This document shows positions 39,240 through 51,715 of a stretch of 64,000 bases of DNA, piece after piece. The notes under the pieces were generated by a model, which had not been told where the DNA came from, did no database searches, and saw nothing but the letters and a program-made list of their open reading frames with translations. Source of the stretch: Pavona decussata (Eukaryota); NCBI GenBank assembly GCA_977016875.1, contig CDRNST010000054.1:1612001-1676000 (forward strand), read 5' to 3'. Numbering within the stretch: position 1 is the stretch's first letter; every line of letters begins with the position of its first letter. The translations under genes were made by a program, and so were the position numbers.

Positions 39240-39430
39240 TATTTTTTGAGAAAGAAGTGTTTCAGCTGGTCGGAAGCGTTGGTTTTGTTGATGCTTGTCA
39301 ACTCCCATGTCTTGCCATGTCAATCGTTGTACCACGCTTGAAGGCGACGAACAGCACTCTCAGTTCCTTTGACAGTGTTCTTCGTGACCTGCTTTCTCTG
39401 GAACTCTTCAATCTTCTCGTCGTCTAAGAT
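39240..39430 (-). mobile_element. Crypton/DUF3504-type tyrosine-recombinase N-terminal relic
   Basis: Minus-strand translation LDDEKIEEFQRKQVTKNTVKGTESAVRRLQAWYND*HG..DQLKHFFL, resembling the KNT.K.T...W...L..FF segment of the other relics. Confidence 0.55.
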
Positions 39431-39859
39431 TACAATACTACTTTTTTTACTCGGCTCAGTCTGGGCTCAGCTTTGTTAGTTTTTGGCTCGCTATCTTAAT
39501 TCAGCGACTCTCCTGTTTCGGTTCCGGCATCGATGTTCTCAAACAACTCTTTGAAAAAAGTACCGCAAATATCAAAATTTGGTATTTCGCCCGATTCACC
39601 ACCACAGGAAACGATATGGGTCGTCGATAACTCTTCCATTGAATTTCCGCGTTTTTTCTGTTACAATTAAACGATTTTAGACACGAAAAATAACGAAATT
39701 GCCGGTAAATTTCAAATATTCCGTGATGAAATTTGTTTGCGCGTGAAAAATTTTACCATGAAAATGTTTGCAGGTGGTAAGAGTATACATTTTGACCCGG
39801 CGCGAAATGATTTCTTTACAGTTTTACTTGTCCTTAATAGTGAGGGAATCACGACACAA

Positions 39860-40030
39860 AACTAATTGCGATTTTGAGACGGCGATACCGCATTATATTG
39901 ACGGCATTGGCAGAAAATATGTTCCGTATTGAGCTCCGTCGCTATGTGACTCTGCCCAATACGGAATATATTTTCTCCCAACTAGCCGTCAATATAATGC
40001 GGTATTGCCGTTTCAAAATCGCAATTAGTT
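39860..40030. repeat. Long hairpin (~70-bp arms)
   Basis: aactaattgcgattttgagacggcgataccgcattatattgacggc..gaaaatatgttccgtattg / caatacggaatatattttc..gccgtcaatataatgcggtattgccgtttcaaaatcgcaattagtt. Confidence 0.9.
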
Positions 40031-40214
40031 TATAGTATTCTGAAACTATGCCATGTGCACATACAGATTTGCGCACATACCTAGAGATTATGGTTTCCTT
40101 ACGGAGTCCGCAACCATTACACACCAGCTTTTTTCAAAATAGAAATCGGAAGATCGTATTTTCTTGCATTATAGCTTCTTAGTTTTGTATTTTTCGTTTT
40201 GTTTTTTGTTACAG

Positions 40215-40449
40215 CCTGTTCTCGTAATCACATCCGCAAAGCAAACAACAGACCAAAATCTTGATGAGGCCCTGTCTCGCCTCCAGAGTAAAGGAGCAGC
40301 CGTGTTCGTGTTGGGAATAGGGAATGGGGTTGATCCTGCAGAGCTCAACCAAATTGCTTCTGGGCCTGAAAATGTGTTTACAGTGGACTCTTTCGAAGAC
40401 TTGGATGAAAAAGCAAATGAAATCAAGAGAGGCATCTGTGTACTTCGTA
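40215..40449 (+). CDS. VWA12 C-half exon (12-nt in-frame deletion vs paralogs; donor at 40446 or 40449)
   Basis: ttacag|PVLVITSAKQTTDQNLDEAL...RGICVL; candidate phase-1 donors C|GTAGTA and A|GTATGT. Confidence 0.8.
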
Positions 40450-41277
40450 GTATGTATTGATGTTCTATTCTGTATGTCAACTACATCTGATTGTGTTACT
40501 TTCATTACTTTTCAGCGTAAGCAGTATAGGCAAAGCACCTCTTTCATACATTTCCTATATCCTTTTTTAAAAATTACCTCTATATTAACGTTATTGAATG
40601 GAGGTAATTGTTTATCCTTGTTACAATTCAAACTAGCAGTGTTAAATACTTACACGAAGTACTGTGATTAACTGGTGACTAATTGCCATCCTTTTTTTTT
40701 TTCTGTTTGTCTTTGAATTGTGTGTCAACTAAGTTTTGTTGTTTTCTCTCTCTTTACATGATTAATCACTGCGATATGAACTTCTATTGTCTGTACCTTG
40801 ACTGATTTAGAGATTATTATAGCTTTTTCCTTACTCAGTTTAAGATAATTGAACATCACTGGGTTACTTGCTGTTGTATTTAGTTTTCCAGTCCTGTTTT
40901 GTAAGTTATTGCAGCCCGCACAGACCATCCATCCTAATTCTGTCCTGAGAACTCCACTTTGAGATTTCTGGTTATTTAGATGGTTGTTTGTTAGCAGTAG
41001 CCAGGTCCCTGTGCTTTAAAATTGTTTTTCGATTGGCCTGGTTGGTAAGAACCATTACTTGAGCCCTCTTCGGTGTAACAGTACTGCAAGATTTTAACCA
41101 GAACAGAAAGAATGACGTAATATTCTCGTAGAACAAGATTTTACAGAAATGTGAAATTGAGTGCAGAAAGTTGAAATTAAAAATGATTGACAGGATCGTA
41201 AATTTGCAACTTGGCTGCCTCAAAACAAAATGGCAAACAGATTTGAAGAGAGTAACCGCAATTAATTGAGAGTTTAA

Positions 41278-42492
41278 ATAATCAAAGGCCCCTGTTAGCC
41301 AACTCGTGAATGCAGAAGTGAATAATGGTAACCGTAAAGCAGTACTCGCATCAAACTATGCTTCAAGGATTTGTGGACACCATTAAACAATTAAATTACA
41401 CACGCACTCTTATTCCTTCTGATACGCGATGCAACACAAAGGTGGATGTGTGTGTTCTTTTGGTGGTTTTGCGTGGTTGCCAATCGATAAAAAAGCGTCC
41501 AGGTTTTCTTCCAAGAACCTCCGTAATTTTTTTTCCTCGTGTCGTGTTGTTGCCGAATGAAACTTGATACATGTGAACGACTTTGGTTGCCTAGCACGTG
41601 ACCTAAATCTTCCTGTTTTCAGCATGGTGATATTCCTTTCTACGTTCAAACGAAAATTCTGTCACGTTTTATATCAGAAGAAGCTTTCAATCTTGCTAAC
41701 GTTGCTATTTTGGCTTTATATTCGCTATGCATTAGCAAATTTTCAGTGTTTACATTTGTTCTGTTGAATCGATCTTATCGCTCACACTGGACCCCGAATG
41801 AAATTTATTGCGGCTTCTGTCTGGGCGAATTTCATCCGTTAGTTGCGAGAACATGTATATGTTTACATAATGCACAGTTGTCACGTTTGATCAGTAAAAA
41901 TAGAAAAACGCAAAAAGATTTCCTAAATAAAATTTTTCAGATAGGTCTTTTTATAGGCCTAAGAAGCAAAAGCATATAATTTTCACCGCGAGGCGCCTTG
42001 CAAACGATTTGAAGTCAATTTTGAAGCGAACTTTTTCGTGCACGTTTTTCAAACATTTCGTAAAAACTCTTCGGAATACGAAAAATCGGTCTATTGAAAT
42101 AGTATTTCAGTACAAATTCACAATCGAACCTGTAATTATTTGTGTGTTGTATTCCTAGAGGCACTGGAACATTACCAAGGAACTCCGCAGATAAAAAGTT
42201 GATTTGAGATCCGCCCGTTCATCAGGCTAATAAAACCACAAATCGAGCAAAACTTGCCTTTGCCGTTAATGCTTGATCTCCGCTGTTGAAACTGTCTAGC
42301 ATCCCTTAGAAGTTCATCTTTCGATTCACCGTTTCCATGAGGTGTGTTTCCCAATTCGCTAATTTCGACCAGCGCCATACATTACGATCACTCATTTACT
42401 GCGCATGCCTGAAAGGTAACAACCCACCAATCAAGTGAAAACCTCATCATGGCTATAACTCGTTCATTGCTCATGCGCGCATTCACGATTTA
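41278..42492 (+). mobile_element. Non-autonomous derivative of the Crypton element at 57010-60017
   Basis: Shares the 5' end ATAATCAAAGGCCCCTG plus ~500 bp, and the 3' end CTATAACTCGTTCATTGC.CATG...CACGA.TTA, in inverted orientation. Confidence 0.8.
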
Positions 42493-42509
42493 AAAATGAA
42501 AAAATAAAT

Positions 42510-42740
42510 AAACTCAACAAAGTACAAACCAAATTGTCCAGTATTTTCAGCAACAATGAGTAAAAAAGACGCCTAAGACCATACGAGCCTGACAGTCTTA
42601 GCACAGCAATTGACCGTTACCTAAGAGCTCAAAGTTAAAGATTTCCATACCGGCTTGGATGAAAACAACATGGAGTACGTTGAATTGATTGAGAACCCGA
42701 CTAAAACGCGCCAATCTGGACTGTCTGCAAAACCCCGGCT
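42510..42740 (+). mobile_element. Internally deleted Crypton tyrosine-recombinase fragment
   Basis: KKDA...YEPDSLSTAIDRYLR, then LKVKDFHTGLDENNMEYVELIENPTKTRQSGL. Confidence 0.6.
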
Positions 42741-43364
42741 CCTCAAATCAATCAATCCTGAGATTGATTTCAGACTTCTTTTGGCATTCACTTAAAATTT
42801 TGCGTGTGATTTGAAAACTTGCTTTTAAGAGAGATGGCATTTTCGGCATGTTTTTCGTACGTATGAACATGTATGTCAATCCAGTTTGTCATCTTTGAAA
42901 CCAATCAAATACATGCATGTAGGTGGAGCATTTGCTCACAGACACGAAATAAACGAAAGCTCAATTGAAATTTTTGTTGCATTAATAAGTAATCCCATGA
43001 TTTTTCTCGTGCAATTTGGAATAAATGAGCACTTGTAAAATTTTCATAGCCTTTGAAAAGTTTACTTGTGCTCATTTATTCCAAATTGGACTCGGAATCA
43101 TGTGATTACGTGTACAAAGTTGAAATACAAGTCAAACACTCTAGTATTTTCACTCATTTTTGTTTACAGAACTTTGCTTTTCTTCCTGAGATATTAGCCG
43201 GAGAAAACGCACAGTGCAAATTACGAGTATGTAATTAACATGCCGGCACAAATGTGGTGTTTTTTGGCGGCCTCTAAGACGAAGGTTATGACCAGAAATA
43301 TGACTAGTTGAAATACAAAAATAAATTGTGTTGTAGTAACCAAGAGAAATTTTTTCCATTAACA

Positions 43365-44703
43365 TTCTCAAACTCATTAATAATTCATCAATTTACAAAC
43401 CAATCAGGATACGCCAATTTGGCCACATGTGTGTGTTTAGAAACCCCGATGAAACACTGGACAGAGGTTTTTCCCCTATACTTTGATGAAATATCAAACC
43501 CTAGAGCTTGATAAAATGTCAAACCCCACTGATGGAGAATTTATCCTAATTTAAATGTTAATGCCACAACACCAACATGAATTGGCAAGCTTTATTAATA
43601 CTTAAAAGACAATTACAGAATGTCCAAAACCAACTGCCACTGTGATATTTCTATGTTCACCCCCGTGAAGACCGAATAACTTTCCGTTGTAATAATATGC
43701 AAAGATTTAGCTGAATGACAACCCAAAAGTCCCATTTCCCAGAACTTGCTTTCTTCTTCCTCTGTTACCGGCAACTTTTCCGCCTTCTTATTCTGAAGAG
43801 CGACTCGTTCCCTCGTTGCGTCCTTCATTTCAGCATCAAGCACTGTTCGGAAAATAACAAACCTAGAAAATAGAAACAAAATTCATTGTAGTACTACCAA
43901 GAACTTTAACTGCGTAATTTAAACACTATGCGCGTGCTTTGATTGAAATCACCAAGTCATACCTCTTGTCAGATGTACTCAGTGGATTTATATCCTCACC
44001 CGGTTTCTTCTCTGCGAGAAAGCGACGAATACCAGCAACAATGCCGTACAAGGTTCTCGGAGGGTAACGTTCTTTTGAGGGCTTTGCGACCTCTTGGACA
44101 AATTTCGTAAGCCAATAATTCACAGACAACGCATTCATCTCCACCAGAGGTGTTTCCAACGACTCAACTTGATGAAAATCGTAGCTTTTGAATAAACCAA
44201 CGAACTCGACAATGGGTACTTTTACCAGACGCTGCCTTTGCCACTCCTCGAAGATTCCAGAGGCCCATTTATTTTTGTGCTGAATGGACTTGGGTACCGC
44301 GTTTTTAACCAGAATAACCTCTTCTTCGGCTGTTTTGGCTTCCCGAAAATGTGACAACGCCATATCTTTTTAAGAATGACCGAATTGAGACCAAGGGATG
44401 TATATGTGTTCCACTTTAAACAATGACGGTCTTCAGGGACTTGTGACACTGCTAAAATATTTGACAACAAAGGCCAATAACTACTGAAAAACAACACTAA
44501 AAAAAGTAATTTATATTCCGCGTACGATGCCAAAATCGGTGAGATTTTTTTCATTGTTCTTGGTTACTGATGCACGATTGAGAAGCAATTTCAAAAACTC
44601 GTGCTTCGTGTTTCATCGGGGTTTCCAAACACTCGAAAACAATAAATTTTCTCGTGTTTGGAAACCCCGATGAAACACTCGCACTCGTTTTTGGAATACT
44701 ACA
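43365..44703 (-). mobile_element. Crypton-type element (truncated DUF3504/YR ORF with a spliceosomal intron)
   Basis: ORF 44363-43963 joined through a GT-AG intron (43962-43863) to RFVIFRTVLDAEMK..EEESKFWEMGLLG; absent from the paralogous site at ~48316; 25-bp perfect hairpin arms at 44608-44678. Confidence 0.8.
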
Positions 44704-45350
44704 TAATAAATGCAAAATGAGGGTAGTGGGTTGAGCGGCGTTCCACGGTCAAACGTGCTGAGTTCAATTCTCAGTACTTGGCAGAAAAGGTCTTTTTTTT
44801 TTTCGTGTGCTTTTGAGGCGTAATCACTATTTGATGGCATTTTAAAATGGGAATAATAGTATAACGGTGAAAATAGGACTTGGTATATCTCTAACAGCCT
44901 TGTATTAGATCTCTAGATATTTCATAAAAATAAGGGCAACAACGTCCCTTCAAACAATATGCACCTCATCAACTACAAGAAGCCAAACCATTATACAATA
45001 CAGTTAAGGCCTCTTCATGTGGCAGCGCTTCACTTCCAATCTGGAACCTCTAGTTCTTAATTCTTTAGTATTACTTGTTTGGATTAGCCAGGGCTATTCT
45101 GTCTTCAGTATCGTCTTTGTAAATGCCTTGAAGTTAAGAAAATAAAGGAAAATAAATAAGTTTGTGTTAGATGTAATGTAATGTGATGTGACACTTTTTA
45201 AACACGGAGACTCATTAGTTTAGCTTAAAAAATATATACATATATTAAAAAATGCCTACAACTGTTTTACAAGATAGCCGTGTGGGAATCCGAAAGATAG
45301 AAGTTGACATCTTCAATAGTAAGAAACTTAGTAAATACTGTTATCGTCTA

Positions 45351-45474
45351 ACACCATCGACAACACCAACAGCAGTACCAACCACTTCAGGAACACCAAC
45401 ACCAACCCTAGTACCAACAACGTTACCAACACCAACACCAACAGCAGAACCAGCAACTTTACCAGCACCAACAA
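45351..45474 (+). pseudogene. PT linker exon that has lost its 3' splice acceptor
   Basis: Near-identical to 48953-49090 but lacks 20 nt (attcagttccgagcacatca) that include the AG; donor A|GTAAGT intact. Confidence 0.7.
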
Positions 45475-46267
45475 GTAAGTGAGCTTGTTTTTATTTTTGT
45501 CTTCAATTAATTTTAGCTTGAAATGTTCAGAAGACACATAGATCTACACCGGGAACTTTTGGGGCTATCTAAATGTTGAATATGACATGGATCCTGGTGG
45601 CTTCAAAATTAAACCAAAGTACAGGAAGATGAGTGCGTTTTGCATCATCCGATCCCTCCTACTGAAAGTTCTGAATGTCATAAATATGAAATGATTGGGA
45701 AGCCATTCCTTTAGATAATTCATCTTGTTTCAGCTCTGCTCGTTCGATAATCAGGCAAATCATGTGCATGTAAGGTTTGACTGAATTTCCCTTGCGGTGT
45801 ATAGGTAAACTGTAGTGCATGTTTTTGGTCTTTTTGTTCGCTTGACATGTCCATGTCGTTCTAAGGAACATAAGGCTGAGTTGTAGACACGCTTGCCATT
45901 TCTTCTAGATATTGCTTAAAGGTTGAAGCAAAGACCCAACAATGTAAATCTTGTCATGGACCTGTTTGACTGTTATCTATTTTCTGTGACCCGGGTTTCT
46001 GTCTGTCGGTGTGTTTTTGCTTTTACTGTAAAAATACCAACCCGTCATGGCTAAGATAGAGATTTAAACATGGTGACAGCACAGTTAAAATTATGCAAGT
46101 TAAACTTAGTAATCAGAGCAAACAAAGACTTGACCGTGGTAACCAGAGGTAATTGGGTTCTAAATTGTGATATATGTCAGAGATAAGCAACCTGATGGTA
46201 GATTCATACTGTTCGTGGTTCTGACACATGCTTGTATTTTACTAGCCATTGTCTCGTTTTTGTGCAG

Positions 46268-46608
46268 CCTGTAAGGCTACGGTAGATTTGGCATTCATTG
46301 TGGATTCGTCAGGAAGTATTGGTCGTAGAAGATGGCCGCAGATGTTAAATTTCGTGAAAGGCGTCATTAACAAATTCAATGTTGGACCAGATGGCACTCG
46401 TGTAGCTGTGATTGCCTACAGTACGAGTCCGAAAGTTGAATTCACCTTTAATACCCTGTCTGGTGCAGACATTACAGAAGAGGAGTATGGAAAACTCATT
46501 GATCGCATACGTCTTCAGAGAGGCTTTACTTACATTGACAAAGCTCTGAAAATGGCTGATGAGCAATTGTTTATTACAAGTGCTGGAATGAGGCCTGCAG
46601 TTCCAAAG
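46268..46608 (+). CDS. VWA13 N-half exon (MIDAS DSSGS)
   Basis: gtgcag|CKATVDLAFIVDSSGS...GFTYIDKAL...; AAG|GTATGA. Confidence 0.9.
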
Positions 46609-47720
46609 GTATGAAATAAGAATACTTGTTTTTTTCTTTTAACCCAGAGGCTGCGAGTTTTGATGTAAAGAATAAATTCATCACGTTTAGTGACAGAGTA
46701 AATGTTAGTTGTTTTGTTTCCAAGTTGTGCACAATTTTTAAGAGTTGACTGTGACACTGACATTTAACAAAACAACCTTATTCGTCCATGGTCTACATTA
46801 TTTCAGTAGACGGTAGGAGAGGCCCCTATCAAATACACGAATATGGTTTTGTGTGTTTGCTGATTTGCTGGTTTGATTTCCTGACCGTAACATGGATATA
46901 TTTTCCAATTACGATCATTTCGTTGCCTACCATCCCACCACTGATCAACACTTTCTCTTAGCTATAGTCAACTTGGTTTTCTTTTGTTGGGTATTCAGTT
47001 TTACAGTCCTAGAAAACTCGACTTCTTGAAGTCTCAAGTGGCTGGGCAGCTTTACTGTAACGCTTAAGACTTCGTATGGAATCTTTAGTGTTGTCTGTGA
47101 GAGTTTCAGTTGTTTTTTTATTCTCTTTGGTATTAAGACTGGAAAAGATTTTCAAACATTGGACAGTTTCTAAGAAATCTTGCATGACCGAATGAAAAAA
47201 TCTAACTAGGCGTAAATATAATAGTCAACCTCTGCAATGATATTTTTCTTTTACATGTACACTGTGAAGCTTTCAAATTTGCTGCAAAATCCTAATTTCA
47301 ATGTTCAAAAGTTCAAAAGCTGGATTTTTGTAAACTGTGCTGAGACTGCCAAGTTACTATTCAAAGCTGGTGCTAATTAGATTTCACGCATTTTAGGGCA
47401 AGGATTTAGTGTCAGAACAAACCTTCCACGGATTGCAACCACGAAACTCGAAGAATTGAAACAATTTCTTCCTTTTTGCGTAATCAGTAACTGTTGTTAC
47501 CTCTTGAACATGGGTTGATTGCCTTGATTTCCTGCAAATGCCTCATTCTGAAGAACAAATACTGCATTAGTACATTACAGATTATTTTCTATTTAGTTGC
47601 TAACGCTTATTGGCCATGACCAAGAGACCATCACCACCCGAGAGTCCGTAATAATTTTCGTTATCTCTATAGCAACGAACCAATAAAGTTTTGTCTTTGT
47701 TTGACCGTCTTCTAAAACAG

Positions 47721-47958
47721 GTTGCAATTGTGATAACTGATGGCGAACAGACAGAAAAAGGAGGTTTTACGCCATTGGATGTGGCATCTCAAGGCCTCAA
47801 AGACAAGGGAGTGGCAGTGTACTCTTTGGGTATTGGTGGGCATGTACGTGTTGAGCAGTTGCGGCAAATGGCAAGTTCTGATGACTACGTATTTAATGCT
47901 GCTGGATTTGATGAGCTTGGGGAGGTCATCGTTCCGATTGTGGAAAAGTCTTGTCCAA
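47721..47958 (+). CDS. VWA13 C-half exon
   Basis: aaacag|VAIVITDG...KSCP A|GTAAGG. Confidence 0.9.
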
Positions 47959-48952
47959 GTAAGGGAAGCTAATTGGTTACTGGTACAGAATGAACTGTAA
48001 CAGTGTTGGGATCTGTACCCCATTTGTGAAAACGTTTTGAGGCTGGATACTAATTTTCAGAACTTTTTCCTGTAGAGTTTGGGTTGTATTCCGTTGTGCT
48101 GTTTTCAATGTTTGATAACAATGGTCAATATTCAATTGCATATGTTGCCTGTGTCATCACGCACATCTGCCAGATTGCGTCATCATCATTTCAGTATATC
48201 ACATTTGTGCAACCTTAAAGTTCTTCGTAATAGTAACACGTTTGGCAGAAATATGACAAGTTGAAATAGAAAAATAAATTGTGTTGTAGTAACCAAGAGG
48301 AATTTTTCCATTAACACTAACAAATGCATATTGAGAGTATTAGGTTGAGAGGCATTCCACAGTAAAACGTGCTGAGTTCGATTCTCAGTACTTGGCAGTC
48401 TTTTTTTTCGTGTGCTGTTAAGACAAATCATTATTTAATAGCGTTTTAAAATGGGAATAATAGTATAACGGTGAAAATAAGACTTTTCGTATATCTCTAA
48501 CAGCCTTGTATTAGATCTCTAGATGTTTCATAAAAATAACGGCAACAATTTCCCTTCAAACAATCCACCTCATCAACTACAAGAAGCCAAACCATTCTTA
48601 TACAATTCAGTTAAGGCCTCTTCATGTGTTAGCGCTTCACTTCCAATCTGGAACCTCTAGTTCTTAATTCTTTTGTATTACTTGTGTGGATTAGCCAGGT
48701 CTATTTTGAAGAATTTTTATTTCATAGTTTTGCTACCTAAATGCTGTCTTCAGTATCGTCTTTATAAAATAATTAATGCCTTGAATTTAAGAAAATAAAG
48801 GAGAGAACTTTTTAAAAAAAACTGAAGATACATACATATATTAAAAAATGTGTACAATTGTATTACAAGATAGCTAGGTAGGAATCCGATTGATAGAAGT
48901 TGACATCTTAATTAGTAAGAAACTAAGTAAATACTGTTATCGTCTAATTCAG

Positions 48953-49090
48953 TTCCGAGCACATCAACACCATCGCCAACACCAACAGCAGTACCAACCA
49001 CTTCAGGAACACCAACACCAACCCTAGTACCAACAACGTTACCAACACCAACACCAACAGCAGAACCAGCAACTTTACCAGCACCAACAA
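48953..49090 (+). CDS. Pro/Thr-rich linker exon (138 nt)
   Basis: attcag|PSTSTPSPTPTAVPTTSGTPTPTLVPTTLPTPTPTAEPATLPAPT A|GTAAGT. Confidence 0.85.
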
Positions 49091-49887
49091 GTAAGTGAGC
49101 TTGTTTTTATTTTTATCTTCAATTAATTTTAGCTTGAAATGTTCAGAAGGCACATAGATCTACACCGGGGAACTTTTGGGGCTGTCTAAATGTTGACTAT
49201 GACATGGATCCTGGTGGCTTCAAAATTAAACCAAAGTACAGGGAGATGAGTGCGTTTTGCACCGTCCAATCCCTCCTACTGAAAGTTCTGAATGTTATAA
49301 ATATGAAATGATTGGGACGCAATTCATCTTGTTTCAGCTCTGCTTGTTCGATAATCAGTCAAATCATGTGCATGTAAGGCTTGACTAAGTATCCCATGCG
49401 GTGTATAGGTAAATTGTAGTGCATGTTTTTGGTCTTGTTGTTTGCTTGACATGTCCATGTTGTTCTAAGGAACATAGGGCTGCGTTATAGACAGGCTTGC
49501 CATTCCTTCTGGATGTTGCTTAAAGGTTGAAGCAAAGACCCAACAATTTAAATCTTTTGATGGACCTGTTTGACTGTTATATTATCTATTTTCTGTGGCC
49601 CGGGTTTCTGTCTGTTGGTGTGTTTTTGCCCTAGATTTTACTGTAACAATACCATCCTGACATGGCTAAGATAGAGATTTAAACATGTTGACAGCACAGT
49701 TAAAATTAGGCATGTTAAACTTAGTAATCAGAGCAAACAAAGACTTGACCTTGGTAACCAGAGGTAATTGGGTTCTAAATTCTGATATATGTCGTAGAGA
49801 TAAGCAACCTGATGGTAGATTCATACTGTTTGTGTTTCTGACACATGCTTGTGTTTTACCATCCATTGTCTCGTTGTTTTTGTGCAG

Positions 49888-50228
49888 CCTGTAAGGCTAC
49901 GATAGATTTGGCATTCATTGTGGATTCGTCAGGAAGTATTGCTCGTAGAAGATGGCCACAGCTGTTAAATTTCGTGAAAGGCGTCATTAGTAAATTCAAT
50001 GTTGGACCAGATGGCACTCGTGTAGCTGTGATTGCCTACAGTACAGGTCCAAAAGTTGAGTTCACCTTCAATACCCTGTCTGGTGCAGACGTTACAGAAG
50101 AGGAGTATGGAAAACTCATCGATCGCATACGTCTTCAGAGAGGCTTTACTTACATTGACAAAGCTCTGAAAATGGCTGATAAGCAATTGTTTATTACAAG
50201 TGCTGGAATGAGGCCTGCAGTTTCAAAG
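49888..50228 (+). CDS. VWA14 N-half exon
   Basis: Paralog of VWA13a. Confidence 0.9.
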
Positions 50229-50244
50229 GTATGAAATAAGAATA

Positions 50245-50834
50245 CAGTAGAACCCCGGTTAGTCGAACTTACCGCTAACTCAAACTAAGTCCTGTTTCCT
50301 TCGGATTTGACCCTACTTTTCAGTCACTTTTACTCGGATAACTCGAACTAAATTTTGTTTCCCTTGATCGAAATTTACCCCTATAACTCGAATTCTGGTT
50401 CTTGCAACTCACCACTGATGTCATCCCATTAGCTCGGAGCTCCTGTCATGTTATCGGTAAAAAACACTGGAATTGACAAATCTAAAGCAATTTCATTTTA
50501 GTTGGTGCAACAGATCGTGTATTTGATAGTCATTTCCGATCTTTTTAGTCAAACCACAAGCACTGCCTGTTAAGCTGTCACATAGAAAACAAAAAGTTCG
50601 TAGTACAAGTTTATAATGTCCTTATCTCAAGGCGTTCTAATTCTTTCTTTAAAATGTTGACAAAGTTTTTTTGACCCAGTACTGAAGTGTATACTGAAGT
50701 GCTGATAATCAATAAACTATAAATTATTTACATGAAAAGTCGAATTTTCGATCTTCCCCGGCAACGCGAACCCCAACTAACTCGAACAGTATTTTTTGTC
50801 TCCCTTCAGAGTTTGAGTTACTGGGGTTCTACTA
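50245..50834. mobile_element. Tc1/mariner-pogo-type MITE
   Basis: TA|CAGTAGAACCCC ... GGGGTTCTACTA|TA; TAACTCGAA repeats; empty paralogous site at ~46624. Confidence 0.9.
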
Positions 50835-51477
50835 TAGTTTTTTTTTAACCCAGACGCTTCGAGTTTTGAACAAAAGAATAATTTCATCACGTTTAGTGAC
50901 AGAGTAAATGTTAGTTGTTTTGTTTCCAAGGTTTGCACAATTTTTAAGAGTTGGCTGTGACACTATTATTTCAGTAGATGGGTGAAAAGGCCCCTGACAA
51001 ATACACGAATATGGTTTACCACTGTGTGTTTGCTGATTTGCTGGTTTGATTTTCCGATGGTAACGTGGACATTTTTTCCAATTACGATCATTTCGTTGCC
51101 TACCATCCCACCACCGATCAGCACTTTCTCTTAGCTATAGTCAACTGTTTTTTTTTTGTTTGGTATCCAGTTTTACACTCCTAGAAAACTTGCCTTCTTG
51201 TCTTTTTCTTGACTTGACTTCTTCTTTCTTTTTTGCGCAATCAATAATTGTTGTTACCTTTTGAAAATGGGTTGATTGTCTTGATTTCCTGCAAATGCCT
51301 CATTCTGAAGAACAAGCGCTGCATTAGTGTGTACAGATAATTTACTATTTATTTTCTAACGCTTATTGGCCTTGACCAAGAGACCATCACCACCCGAGAG
51401 TCCGATAATAATTTTCGTTATCTCTATAGCAACAAACCAAGAGTGTTTTGTCTTTGTTTGACCCTCTTCTAAAACAG

Positions 51478-51715
51478 GTTGCAATTGTGATAACTGATGG
51501 CGAACAGACAGAAAAAGGGGGTTTTACTCCATTGGATGTGGCATCTCAAGGCCTCAAAGACAAGGGAGTGGCAGTGTACTCCTTGGGTATTGGTAGGCGT
51601 GCACGTGTTGAGCAGCTGCAGCAAATGGCAAGTTCTGATGACTACGTGTTTAATGCTGCTGGATTTGATGAGCTTGGGGAGGTCATTGTTCCGATTGTGA
51701 AAAAGTCTTGTCCAA
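51478..51715 (+). CDS. VWA14 C-half exon
   Basis: Paralog of VWA13b. Confidence 0.9.

Noticed and set aside
37835-39836. A single TTAA-bounded transposon spanning much of the VWA12 intron
   Set aside because: I could not find a convincing matching TIR for TTAAGGTGGTCCACCAC
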